Assembly: GCA_012513575.1 (NCBI GenBank)
Contig: JAAZBX010000010.1
Coordinates: 1 to 46,168 of the forward strand
Length of the DNA: 46,168 bases
Source: Candidatus Dojkabacteria bacterium
GTDB lineage: Bacteria; Patescibacteriota; Dojkabacteria; SC72
Direction of reading: 5' to 3'
The notes below the pieces were generated by a model. It was not told where the DNA came from. It worked only from the letters and a program-made list of their open reading frames with translations, and ran no database searches. Each line of letters begins with the position of its first letter. Within the stretch, counting starts at the first letter, position 1. Shown piece by piece: positions 10,168 through 19,774 of this stretch. Position numbers and translations under genes: made by a program.

Positions 10168-11111
10168 TCTAACTTTTTGCCTTGTAGTCTATATCTAATT
10201 TTACGATATTTTTCTAAAATCTTCCAAATCATTCCCTTCTTGAAGGATCTGAATTCTTCAATTTCTGAAGTAATCTTTTTTTCAAATGTCTCTTTTTCTT
10301 CTTTCGCTTTGAGAATATCCTCTTTTAGTAATTGAATCTCTTCTTTTTTAATTTCAATTTCTTTTTTCATATCTAAAACATCGACATCAATACTTGAAAG
10401 TGGGTATACAGGATGATTTTGTCTTTTGACAACCACTTTGTTCTGGAAATGCCCTTCCCAAGCATAGTACTGTTTGATATCTTCTGTCTTTTCTATATAC
10501 TCCTTTAAAAAATCCTCTATTGACTGAAAATTTCTAGAAGTGCTGTTTGTATAAAAAACCAAGAGAGCCCTAAATAATACAAAATCTTTAGGTATTGGAA
10601 AGTCATAACACCACTCATAATCAAAGAAATGAGTTTTTCCACCGTAGTCTATTACCAAGTTGCTCAGATTAAAATCTAAAATGCCTTCCTTTAAACAAAT
10701 ATATTCTTTACCTTTTTCAATTTTACCGAAAATATTCTCAAAATCTTTCCCTAAAGAACATTTTACTGTTGGGATTGAATCTAATAATCCCATATAATAT
10801 GTTATCAGAGCATCAAATTCTTTGTTAGAATTTGCCGAAGAAACCTGTTCGTGCAGCGAGACGCCTTTAATAAAAGGAAATTCAACAGTATACTCACCTG
10901 TTTGTTTGATAGGTACAACCTCGAACTTCTTACTAATATTCTTTATTCTTTGATAAGTATTTATAAGATTTTGTATAGCCTCCTTGGAGTGAATGTTTCC
11001 CTTCTTTTCTACTTTTAAGTTACCTTTACTATCTTGGGATATAGTAGTTCTAAGACTAACTTCCTTTTTCCTTGTTTTGCTAAATTTCGTATATATTATT
11101 GTTTTATCCAT
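10164..11111 (-). CDS. Kinase-like (APH/choline-kinase fold) protein with a C-terminal coiled coil and amphipathic tail
   Basis: KVEKK (Lys-motif candidate), EFPFIKGVSL, ILDFNLSNL (catalytic-loop D..N) and FFDYEW (DFG-equivalent). The tail MKKEIEIKKEEIQLLKEDILKAKEEKETFEKKITSEIEEF is heptad-like. The ATG at 11111 overlaps the upstream stop codon. Confidence 0.65.
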   Translation of the reverse strand: MDKTIIYTKFSKTRKKEVSLRTTISQDSKGNLKVEKKGNIHSKEAIQNLINTYQRIKNISKKFEVVPIKQTGEYTVEFPFIKGVSLHEQVSSANSNKEFDALITYYMGLLDSIPTVKCSLGKDFENIFGKIEKGKEYICLKEGILDFNLSNLVIDYGGKTHFFDYEWCYDFPIPKDFVLFRALLVFYTNSTSRNFQSIEDFLKEYIEKTEDIKQYYAWEGHFQNKVVVKRQNHPVYPLSSIDVDVLDMKKEIEIKKEEIQLLKEDILKAKEEKETFEKKITSEIEEFRSFKKGMIWKILEKYRKIRYRLQGKKLD

Positions 11112-11991
11112 TCCTTGCAAATACTAAAAATGAATTAACAAAATTTTCAAAGATACCTGCATCTTGAAGTGATTCCGCAACATATCGTTCATTAAATAAA
11201 TTGTAACTTTCAGAAGGGTGGGGGCTCGGAAATAACGAAGGAGTAATCCTGTTCTTTTCTGTTGGGAGATAGTTGTCAGAAAAAATCTCATAACAAAATT
11301 TGTAATCAGGAATGGGGTAGTAGAATCTAATATCTTGGAATCCAAGACTTTCTAGGAGGTCTTTTAGTTCTTTCCTACTAAAAGTTCTAATACCATCATA
11401 GTTAGGATATCCTTCTATGCTTTCAAAAATTCTGTTAACATGATCTTCTGGAGCACCTTTCCAATACTTCAATCCAAGTTTATTTTCTATTGCAATTACT
11501 ATTTCTCCACCTTTCTTTAAAAACTTTTTATTCTCCTCTAACATTGTTTGGAATGGTTGCTCTCCTTTTGTAAATCTACCAGCATACTCTAGTACTCCAA
11601 TTAATGTAACATAATCAAATTTTTGTGTTAATTTCTGTTCGTGTATATTACCGTCGTAAACCTTTAGGTTCTTATTGTCTTTATATCTTTCTCTAATAAT
11701 ATCAGCCCTTCTTTTTGTTAACTCTACTGCTGTTACATCCATTCCCTTTTCTAGAAAAACCCCAGTTACTGCTCCACAACCAGCTCCCACTTCTAATATA
11801 GATGCTTTCTCTTTGAAGTTGTACCAAGAGAGTAGGTTTTTTCTGTCAGGCGAAAGATGATATTGAACAGCCCAAGTGTTGTTAGAAACAAGAATCTCTT
11901 CAATTTCCTGTTCGCTTGGATTATTTTTATATACAGAGAGGATGTAATCTTCTATATCATCCCCATCGTTGTATTGGTATTTTTTGTTCAT
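11104..11991 (-). CDS. Class I SAM-dependent methyltransferase (glycan-locus type)
   Basis: ILEVGAGCGAVT motif I, FDYVTLIGVLEYA and IAIENKLGLKYW. Confidence 0.9.
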   Translation of the reverse strand: MNKKYQYNDGDDIEDYILSVYKNNPSEQEIEEILVSNNTWAVQYHLSPDRKNLLSWYNFKEKASILEVGAGCGAVTGVFLEKGMDVTAVELTKRRADIIRERYKDNKNLKVYDGNIHEQKLTQKFDYVTLIGVLEYAGRFTKGEQPFQTMLEENKKFLKKGGEIVIAIENKLGLKYWKGAPEDHVNRIFESIEGYPNYDGIRTFSRKELKDLLESLGFQDIRFYYPIPDYKFCYEIFSDNYLPTEKNRITPSLFPSPHPSESYNLFNERYVAESLQDAGIFENFVNSFLVFARNG

Positions 11992-12107
11992 ATTAATGGT
12001 TATTTTATAAGACTTTTAACTGTTTTACCAGCCCTCTTCTTTTCCCCCTCCCAACATAGTATCCTATATAAGTTAGGATATCTAAATTTATTTACCTATT
12101 AAATAAT

Positions 12108-13127
12108 ATGAAAATCCTAGTAACAGGTGGTGCCGGCTTCATTGGTTCTTACTTCATAAAATACTGGATGGATAAATATCCAGAGGACAATATTACTAAT
12201 TTAGATAAATTAACATATGCAGGAAATCTGGAAAACCTTTTAGAAGTAGAAAACAACCCCAACTACAAATTTGTAAAAGGTGATATATGTGACAAAGACT
12301 TAGTAATGGATATTACAAAAGGAATAGATCTAATTGTACACTTCGCAGCAGAATCCCATGTAGACAACAGTATAGAAGGACCAGAAATATTTGTTAAAAC
12401 AAATGTAATGGGAACACAAAATCTCTTAGAAGCAGCAGTACAAAACGGTAATATAAGATTCCACCATGTATCAACAGACGAAGTCTTTGGAGAACTACCC
12501 ATAGACAAACCTGAACTCAAATTCACAGAAGAAACACCGTATGCACCCAAAAGCCCATACTCTGCATCTAAAGCAGCATCAGATCACCTTGTAAGGGCAT
12601 ACCATCATACCTTCAAACTACCAATCACAATCTCAAATACATCAAACAACTACGGTCCAAATCAGCACCCAGAAAAACTCATGCCTTTAGCCATAACCAG
12701 AGCTATGTTAGATCAAGAAATACCAGTATATGGAGATGGCAAACAGATTCGAGACTGGGTTCATGTACAAGACCATGCACATGGAATAGAGTTAGCAATT
12801 ACAAAAGGTGAAATAGGACATACATATCTCTTCGGTGGAGATGGTGAAAGAGAAAATATATGGATAGTAAAAAAGATATTAGAATATTTAGATAAGCCAG
12901 AATCATTAATAGTACATGTAGGCGACAGAAAAGGTCATGATGTAAGATATGCAATAGATAACTCCAAATCAGAAAAAGAATTAGGATATAAACCAGAGAA
13001 GAGTGTAGAGGATTGGTTAAAAGAAACAGTACAGTGGTATATGGATAATAAGAAATGGTGGGAGCCACTAAAACCAGTAGCAGATAAACAAGCAGATAGA
13101 TACTTATCTACAAGATTAGATAAATAA
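12108..13127 (+). CDS. rfbB: dTDP-glucose 4,6-dehydratase
   Basis: VTGGAGFIGS, LDKLTYAG, FAAESHVD, HVSTDEVFG, YSASK and NNYGP motifs. Confidence 0.97.
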   Translation: MKILVTGGAGFIGSYFIKYWMDKYPEDNITNLDKLTYAGNLENLLEVENNPNYKFVKGDICDKDLVMDITKGIDLIVHFAAESHVDNSIEGPEIFVKTNVMGTQNLLEAAVQNGNIRFHHVSTDEVFGELPIDKPELKFTEETPYAPKSPYSASKAASDHLVRAYHHTFKLPITISNTSNNYGPNQHPEKLMPLAITRAMLDQEIPVYGDGKQIRDWVHVQDHAHGIELAITKGEIGHTYLFGGDGERENIWIVKKILEYLDKPESLIVHVGDRKGHDVRYAIDNSKSEKELGYKPEKSVEDWLKETVQWYMDNKKWWEPLKPVADKQADRYLSTRLDK

Positions 13128-13143
13128 TTTAAACAAATTAACT

Positions 13144-14232
13144 ATGAAAGCACTCATACTAGCAGGAGGTAGAGGTACAAGATTAAGACCTCTTACACAT
13201 ACCAAAAACAAACACATGTTACCTATTGGTAATAGACCAATGATAGAGAGGATAATAAAGGATGCTGTAGATTTAGGTATTAAAGATATCATCATAAATA
13301 TAAACAAAGGTGATAAGGAAATGCCTGAACTTCTAGGAGACGGTAAAAGGTTTGGTAGGGGAGTAAAACTACACTACATAGAACAACCAGAACCTAATGG
13401 AATGATGTATCCAATTAAATTAGCAGAAAAATTAATTGGAAATGATGAATTTCTCTTCTCCGCAGGGGACAACATCTTAACAGGAGGTCTTAAACAACAC
13501 TATGAAGATTTCAAAAAGAAAAAATCAGATGCACACGTATTAGTAGTTAGAAGACCCGATTACCAAAATTTTGGTGTAGCCGTAATGAAAGGAGACAAAA
13601 TAGTAAAGACGGTTGAAAAACCAAAAGAGTTTGTTAGTGACCTAGTCCTCTCTGCAATATACTTCTTTACACCTGCTGTATTCAAAGCTTTTGACTATGC
13701 AAAACCCATAGATCCAAAAGGAACAGGCAAACCAGAATACTACCCACCAGTAATCAATAACTGGTTAATAGAAAATGGATACACATTCACTGCATCTGAA
13801 GTAACAGGGTGGTGGAAAGATACAGGAGCTCCTGAAGATATCATCCTAGCCAACAGACTGATACTCGAAAGAGAGTGTTTAGATAAGTGTGACGGTAAGG
13901 TAAAGGATAGTAAGATGGAAGGAAATATTGAAATAGGGAAGGGCTCTGTTGTAAAGAATTCCATTTTAAGAGGACCAATATCAATTGCAAAAGATGTAAC
14001 AATTGAAAATGCATACATAGGTCCCTTCACATCTATAGGGGATGGTAGCATTGTAAAAAATGCAGAAATTGAAAACAGTATACTAATGGGTAACTGTAAT
14101 ATACATGAATTAAATCAAAGGCTAGACAGTTGCTTAATCGGTTGGAATGCAGAGGTAACAACAAAGGAATCTCATCCTAAAGCAGACACTCTCTTCATTG
14201 GTGATGATTCAAAGGTGGAGTTAGCTAAATAG
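13144..14232 (+). CDS. rfbA: Glucose-1-phosphate thymidylyltransferase, long form with C-terminal left-handed beta-helix
   Basis: ILAGGRGTRLRPLT..K, GDN, VEKP and WWKDTG motifs, C-terminal hexapeptide repeats, and position within the rfb cluster. Confidence 0.9.
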   Translation: MKALILAGGRGTRLRPLTHTKNKHMLPIGNRPMIERIIKDAVDLGIKDIIININKGDKEMPELLGDGKRFGRGVKLHYIEQPEPNGMMYPIKLAEKLIGNDEFLFSAGDNILTGGLKQHYEDFKKKKSDAHVLVVRRPDYQNFGVAVMKGDKIVKTVEKPKEFVSDLVLSAIYFFTPAVFKAFDYAKPIDPKGTGKPEYYPPVINNWLIENGYTFTASEVTGWWKDTGAPEDIILANRLILERECLDKCDGKVKDSKMEGNIEIGKGSVVKNSILRGPISIAKDVTIENAYIGPFTSIGDGSIVKNAEIENSILMGNCNIHELNQRLDSCLIGWNAEVTTKESHPKADTLFIGDDSKVELAK

Positions 14233-14284
14233 AACAAACTATCCTCTTCTGATATAATATGGGATAATTTGTAAAAATATTCTT

Positions 14285-14854
14285 ATGGAATTCAACAAAG
14301 TAGAACATATTCCTGACCTTGTAGTTGTTACATTCAAAGCTTTCTACGATGAAAGAGGCTACTTTGAAGAGACATATGATGAGGGTAAGTTTGAAGAAGC
14401 AGGTTTGCCCACCGATTGGATAAAAGATAATCACTCTCATTCAAAGGAATTTGTGCTAAGAGGAATGCATTGGCAGATAGAACCACATCCTCAAGATAAG
14501 TTTGTTAGAGTTGTCAGGGGTGAAGCTATAGATGTTGCAGTCGATATGAGAGTAGGTTCTCCAACATTTGGACAGTTCCATTTAGTTAAACTCTCGGAAG
14601 ATAATCATAAAGGGTTTTTCATTCCCAAAGGATTTGCTCACGGTTTCTTGGCATTAACAGACAATGTAGAATTCGAGTATAAAGTTAGTGGGAAATATAA
14701 TAAAGAAAGTGAGAGATCTTTTGTATGGAACGATCCTGATGTAAATATTCCTTGGGGAACAGACACACCAATTCTTTCTGACAAAGATGCTCAAGCACCC
14801 TTACTAGGGGAACTTTCCGATGAAGACCTATTTAAGTTTACAAATCAAGAGTAA
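14285..14854 (+). CDS. rfbC: dTDP-4-dehydrorhamnose 3,5-epimerase
   Basis: DERGYFEE, LRGMHWQ, QDKFVRV, DVAVDMR and IPKGFAHGF motifs. Confidence 0.96.
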   Translation: MEFNKVEHIPDLVVVTFKAFYDERGYFEETYDEGKFEEAGLPTDWIKDNHSHSKEFVLRGMHWQIEPHPQDKFVRVVRGEAIDVAVDMRVGSPTFGQFHLVKLSEDNHKGFFIPKGFAHGFLALTDNVEFEYKVSGKYNKESERSFVWNDPDVNIPWGTDTPILSDKDAQAPLLGELSDEDLFKFTNQE

Positions 14855-15750
14855 TGGAAACAAAGAAAAAAATACTTGTATTTGGAGCTAGTGGAATGTT
14901 AGGTTCATTTTTATCCAGCTACTTTGGGAAAAAAGGCTACAAGGTTATCAAGAGTGATATTTTTGACAACCAACAACAGGGTGTAGTTGGGAAAGACATC
15001 ACGAATGAGAAAGAATTAAAAGTTTTTGTCTATGAACAAAATCCTGATTTTGTAATAAACTGTGCAGCATATACAAATGTAAATAAAGCAGAATCTGAAC
15101 CAGAAATTGCATATTCTGTAAACGCAGAAGCACCAAAGTACATGGCTGAAATCTCTAAAGAACTTAGAATCCCCTTCATCCACGTATCAACCAACGAAGT
15201 ATTTGGAGATGGAGTATTTGATGAAAACAGTAGAGAGTTTAATCCTCTTAATCAGTATGCAAAAAGTAAAAGAAGAGGAGAAGAATATATTGAAAACTGT
15301 GGAGGAGCAAACTACATATTCAGAACATCTTGGCTTTATGGTCCAGGTGCAAAAAATTTCATTAGATTTGTAACAGAAACAGAAGCTACAGAAGAAAAGC
15401 CTTTAAGAATTGTCGTAGATGAGAAAGGTTGCCCAACATATGTAGGATATCTTACAGAAAGAATTGAAGAGGCAGTAGAATCAAAGATAGAACCTGGAAT
15501 ATATCATGCTTGTAGTTCTGACATGCTTTCTAGATATGAATTTGGATTAGAGATTCTAAAGGCTCAAGGTCTTGAGAAGCCAGTAGTTCCTGTTGAGAAA
15601 AAAGATCTTCCTCCAAGACCAGTGGTCTCACCTTCAAACCAATTGATAAATACAAAGTTTGAGAAGGTTCCAACATCTTACGAAATGTTAGAGGAATACG
15701 TTTCAGATATAAGGATTGAAAAAGATGACTATTCTGAAAAAAATAGGTAA
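14854..15750 (+). CDS. rfbD: dTDP-4-dehydrorhamnose reductase
   Basis: GASGMLG, NCAAYTNVNKAE, YAKSK (YxxxK), RTSWLYG and VVDEKGCPTY motifs. Confidence 0.93.
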   Translation: METKKKILVFGASGMLGSFLSSYFGKKGYKVIKSDIFDNQQQGVVGKDITNEKELKVFVYEQNPDFVINCAAYTNVNKAESEPEIAYSVNAEAPKYMAEISKELRIPFIHVSTNEVFGDGVFDENSREFNPLNQYAKSKRRGEEYIENCGGANYIFRTSWLYGPGAKNFIRFVTETEATEEKPLRIVVDEKGCPTYVGYLTERIEEAVESKIEPGIYHACSSDMLSRYEFGLEILKAQGLEKPVVPVEKKDLPPRPVVSPSNQLINTKFEKVPTSYEMLEEYVSDIRIEKDDYSEKNR

Positions 15751-15759
15751 TATATCCCT

Positions 15760-16956
15760 ATGCACATCATAATTGATACTACTACAACCCAAGATCAATT
15801 TGCTTTCGCTGGGGTAGGTCAATATACAAAAAATATTACACTCTCCTTACTAGGAAACTATCCTAATACTCAATTCTCAATACTAAGGTTCAAAAACAAA
15901 ATATCTACATTAGATAAAGACATATGCAAATACAAAAATGTTCAACAGGTAGACATAGGGGAATATCAAGTCAATGGGTATAAGAATGATATAACATACT
16001 ACTCTCAGGTATTACCAGTAATAAAGAAGATAAAAAGAAAAGACAGTATATACCTCTGTCCGTACTTCTGGAGAAACTTTCCATCTAACATATTACCTAC
16101 AGTACTCTTTGTCCATGACATGAACCTACCTCTCTTTAACATGTACTCACAACAATCTCCCATACACAACCTAATTAGAAAATTTCAATACTGGAAAACT
16201 CTAAACAAATCCAAACAGTGTAAATTCATTATCTGTAACTCCCAAACCACAAAAAATGACTTCCTCAAATACTATCCCAAATATCCAGAAAACAATGTAC
16301 ATGTAACATACTTAGGGATTGATATTAACGAAAAACAAATATCCACGGACAGACTACTTCCCCACGACTACAAACAAAGAGGCTACTTCATATACTTAGG
16401 TGGGGGTATTAACAGAAGTAAAAATTCAATAGGGGTGATAAAGGGATACAGACAATTTGTCTTCAAATTAAAACAGGAAGGAGTAGATAAAAAGAATGCT
16501 CCCTACCTTGTAATAGCAGGGGGTAAATTCCAAGACACATCAAAACCGGAAGTAGCGGAGTTAATCAAATATATAAAGGAGAATGAATTGCAGAGGAATG
16601 TTGCATTCACTGGTTTTTACGAAGACAAATATGCATACTCATTGCTAAACAATTCTCTCGGTTTCCTCCACCTTGCTCTCTATGAAGGTTTTGGAATATC
16701 TGCTGCAGAAGCTCTAAGATCAAAAACCCCAACAATATTACATAAGAATCCTGTATATGAAGAAATATTTAAAAATGTGTCTGTCTTAGTAGATGGTCTA
16801 AATGAACTGGAAGTGGGGAATGCAATATATGATATATATAAAAATAGACAGAAGTATCAAGCTCTAGTACAGAAAGGATATGATCTCTCCCTCTCATTCT
16901 CTTGGGATAAATGTGCTCAGCAAACCTTTAATATATTTGAGAAAGTAGAAATATAG
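15760..16956 (+). CDS. GT4 glycosyltransferase (GT-B)
   Basis: YEGFGISAAEA motif, VHDM, and GT4-typical length. Confidence 0.88.
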   Translation: MHIIIDTTTTQDQFAFAGVGQYTKNITLSLLGNYPNTQFSILRFKNKISTLDKDICKYKNVQQVDIGEYQVNGYKNDITYYSQVLPVIKKIKRKDSIYLCPYFWRNFPSNILPTVLFVHDMNLPLFNMYSQQSPIHNLIRKFQYWKTLNKSKQCKFIICNSQTTKNDFLKYYPKYPENNVHVTYLGIDINEKQISTDRLLPHDYKQRGYFIYLGGGINRSKNSIGVIKGYRQFVFKLKQEGVDKKNAPYLVIAGGKFQDTSKPEVAELIKYIKENELQRNVAFTGFYEDKYAYSLLNNSLGFLHLALYEGFGISAAEALRSKTPTILHKNPVYEEIFKNVSVLVDGLNELEVGNAIYDIYKNRQKYQALVQKGYDLSLSFSWDKCAQQTFNIFEKVEI

Positions 16957-16982
16957 GAAGTACTGTATTAACAACAATCTTC

Positions 16983-17447
16983 TTGATATTAGCAGGCCTA
17001 CTTGCACTTGGTGGTCTAATACTAACAATTCTCTCTCTACCAGGAGTCTGGCTAATATTCCTCTCCGCACTCATTGTTGCAATATTAGGAGACTTTCAAA
17101 CGATAACGGTACTCACTCTGCTAATCCTTTTTTCCCTCTGTATTCTCTCAACTGTTGTTGACAACTTACTTCTAGCTCTTGTATCCAAAAAATCAGGAGC
17201 AAGTAACTACGGAGCCTTAGGTGCACTCCTAGGAGGAATGTTGGGTTTGTTGATTGCAAATATCCCAGGGATGTTAATTGGACCCTTTGTAGGTGCAGTA
17301 CTAGCAGAATATCTCCTTGCGAAAAAGAGCTTCAATCAAAGTCTCAAATCAGGTTGGGCATCATTTGTTGGGTTTCTTCTTGGAACAGGATTAAAGATTC
17401 TCATCAATATTGGTTTGATAATATTCATTGCATCCAAAGCTTTGTAA
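16983..17447 (+). CDS. DUF456 (YqgC-like) membrane protein
   Basis: LSLPGVWL, KKSGASNYGALGALLGGMLG, PGMLIGPFVGAVLAE and GFLLGTGLK match the DUF456 pattern. The frame is open from about 16941, so the start may lie slightly upstream. Confidence 0.8.
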   Translation: MILAGLLALGGLILTILSLPGVWLIFLSALIVAILGDFQTITVLTLLILFSLCILSTVVDNLLLALVSKKSGASNYGALGALLGGMLGLLIANIPGMLIGPFVGAVLAEYLLAKKSFNQSLKSGWASFVGFLLGTGLKILINIGLIIFIASKAL

Positions 17448-18019
17448 ATATATACATTGCCAAATAGGTCCTCAATGACATATACCTTTCTCTCATACTC
17501 ATAAATATTTCTAATTAAAATATCCTTTGGGATATTAGGTCTAAATATCTGTTTTCTAGGGACAAATATCTCTTTCTTATTCCCATTTTCCCTCTCAATC
17601 CTGTAGGTATGCTGTTCTAAAAAATCAACAGCTGTAACAGCAATCACATACTCTTCATTCATATACACAGGTCTGATTGTTTCAAAGAATTTAAACTCCT
17701 TTTCAATATCTCCTTTTGAATTCTTTATTTTAAATATGCTTGAGAATTCATCCTCAGAGTAAATTGTAAAATGCTCAAACTCACAAAGCAGTAATTCTCC
17801 ATTTTCCCCAATACCAGCAAGCTCATTCTGTTTTCTCTTCCCAATCTTCTCATACTTTCTTCTATCTAAGTCATATTGAACAATCTGATCATCTTGGACA
17901 AACAGAATACTTTCTTGATTTGGTATTAATACTTGCTGAGGAGATGTTATCCCCTCAACAAGAAAGAATTGGGTAGAGAGAATAATTGATGAAAGAATTT
18001 TTACTAAAGTATTTAGCAT
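17336..18019 (-). CDS. Hypothetical exported protein
   Basis: Long ORF with a signal-peptide-like N-terminus from the ATG at 18019 (MLNTLVKILSSIILSTQFFLV). It lies directly downstream of the M23 gene. Confidence 0.6.
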   Translation of the reverse strand: MLNTLVKILSSIILSTQFFLVEGITSPQQVLIPNQESILFVQDDQIVQYDLDRRKYEKIGKRKQNELAGIGENGELLLCEFEHFTIYSEDEFSSIFKIKNSKGDIEKEFKFFETIRPVYMNEEYVIAVTAVDFLEQHTYRIERENGNKKEIFVPRKQIFRPNIPKDILIRNIYEYERKVYVIEDLFGNVYIYKALDAMNIIKPILMRIFNPVPRRNPTNDAQPDLRL

Positions 18020-18035
18020 ATTTTTTTCTACCAAA

Positions 18036-19697
18036 TTAACTACCTGGGTGTGGATTATCTCCACTTAATCTTCCGGGGTTCTGTTTGTATCCTACTGTTA
18101 GGACTTTACTCCAATCTTGGTCAATATATTCAACTGGATTAACATGTGTACTTTGAAGTCGCTTTGTCCTAAGCTCAAAATGTAGATGATATGCAAGAGG
18201 CTGACAATTCCAAAAACCAGAATTACCAGTCCTAGCAATAACTTGATTCTTTTTGACGTTTTCACCTACATTAACAAAACTTTCGTCAAGATGAAAATAT
18301 ACTGTATGCATCCCATTATCTTGCTTAACTGTAAGATAGTTGCCACCAGACAGACATTTCCCATAGTAGCTGTCCCATCCTTTGCCAACAACAAGGCCAC
18401 TGCCAATGGCTAAGGTTTCTTTCTTTGCAACAGAAAAATCAATACCCGTATGTGGTTTCTGATATTGAGTATATCCATGCCATTGGGATACTCCCACAGC
18501 TGATTGAAAGGGAAAAGAAAAGGGTTTAGATAACTCGTTTTTGTCTTGCTCAAGTATTGGAACATCATATGTTTTTTTGAAATTCTCAAATATATTGTAT
18601 TCTTGGATTCTAAAGAAGGAAGAGTAATCAAGTTGAACCTTCTTTACTTCATTTACTTTTGTAATTTGAGAGAGGAGTGTGAAATCATTTACATTAAGAT
18701 AGTAAGCAAGGGGGTAGTATGTTTTGTCATCAAGAAGGATATTCATATGAATATATGGATGAATGTTGAGATATTTTGTTTCTAGATATTCCTCCTCGCA
18801 TCCAAACCATGTTTTGGGTTTGAATATACTACTTTCACAAACATACACATCAACAACGATCTCCATATCTCTGAAGATATTACCTTTAACAAGAATATCT
18901 CGAACTGTCTCCTTCTGGACAATTTCTGAAGAGAGGTTCTCTAGGTCGGGGATTGTACATTCAATCTTTGTCGCTTGATTGTATTTTTGTATATACTTGT
19001 ATCTACACTTTGTACTCTTCCTGCCAGCACCTTTAACATCTTGTTGCTGTGGGAAATTCCAATCATACGTATCTGGCTCATTTACAACTTTTACAGAAGG
19101 GATATTTACCTTTTTTGCTTCTGCGTCTTTTGGTTTTACAACTATTTGCTTCTCCTCTTCAATTTCCTCGACTATCTCCTTCGGAATCTCAGCTGGGGCA
19201 GGTTCCTCTATTTCTTTCTCTTTGTAAAACCTTTTGTACCAATATTCGGGGATATCCATCCCTATACCTAAAACAAGAATTTCAGAAACATATGTATGTT
19301 CTGACCGTTGCTCTGTCCAGAAAAACTCCTTGTCAAAAAGATATACCTGCAATGCAACGACACCCTTTTCAATCGGACGGATAGTTGCTCCATCATCTTG
19401 AGTTAAGGTAAACGTAGAACCCATGTGGAACTGTCCTTCTAGGAAGTATATATAAACGTAATATACATATTCTTTTTGTGTATCTTTGTTTTTCCATTGA
19501 ATATCTATATCCTCCTCAAAAGAGAAAACATCTCCATACTTTGGAGAGAGAATTTCAAAATCAGAAAATTTCCCTGCATCTTCTTCGTTTATCCCAGGAT
19601 ATACTTCTTCCTCGCCTTTGGTTTGAAATATCGGAAAAGAGAGCAGTGCTAAACTCACGAAAGAGAGAAGGAGTGTAAATATGAAAAACCTTTTCAT
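18036..19697 (-). CDS. Secreted M23-family metallopeptidase with a large N-terminal region
   Basis: Signal peptide from the ATG at 19697 (MKRFFIFTLLLSFVSLALLS), an E/K/P-rich linker, and C-terminal HTGIDF (HxxxD) and HLHFE (HxH) motifs. Confidence 0.88.
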   Translation of the reverse strand: MKRFFIFTLLLSFVSLALLSFPIFQTKGEEEVYPGINEEDAGKFSDFEILSPKYGDVFSFEEDIDIQWKNKDTQKEYVYYVYIYFLEGQFHMGSTFTLTQDDGATIRPIEKGVVALQVYLFDKEFFWTEQRSEHTYVSEILVLGIGMDIPEYWYKRFYKEKEIEEPAPAEIPKEIVEEIEEEKQIVVKPKDAEAKKVNIPSVKVVNEPDTYDWNFPQQQDVKGAGRKSTKCRYKYIQKYNQATKIECTIPDLENLSSEIVQKETVRDILVKGNIFRDMEIVVDVYVCESSIFKPKTWFGCEEEYLETKYLNIHPYIHMNILLDDKTYYPLAYYLNVNDFTLLSQITKVNEVKKVQLDYSSFFRIQEYNIFENFKKTYDVPILEQDKNELSKPFSFPFQSAVGVSQWHGYTQYQKPHTGIDFSVAKKETLAIGSGLVVGKGWDSYYGKCLSGGNYLTVKQDNGMHTVYFHLDESFVNVGENVKKNQVIARTGNSGFWNCQPLAYHLHFELRTKRLQSTHVNPVEYIDQDWSKVLTVGYKQNPGRLSGDNPHPGS

Positions 19698-19774
19698 TTG
19701 TAGAATATATTTCAGGTATATTAATTCAAAATTAATTCGGAAAAGACTCATATGGGTGGTATAATATGAATCGT

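Noticed and set aside
12060-12085. Palindrome TATCCTA-N7-TAGGATA between the divergent methyltransferase and rfbB genes as an operator
   Set aside because: It is a 7-bp AT-rich inverted repeat with no second copy seen and no regulator in the window, so it is compatible with chance.
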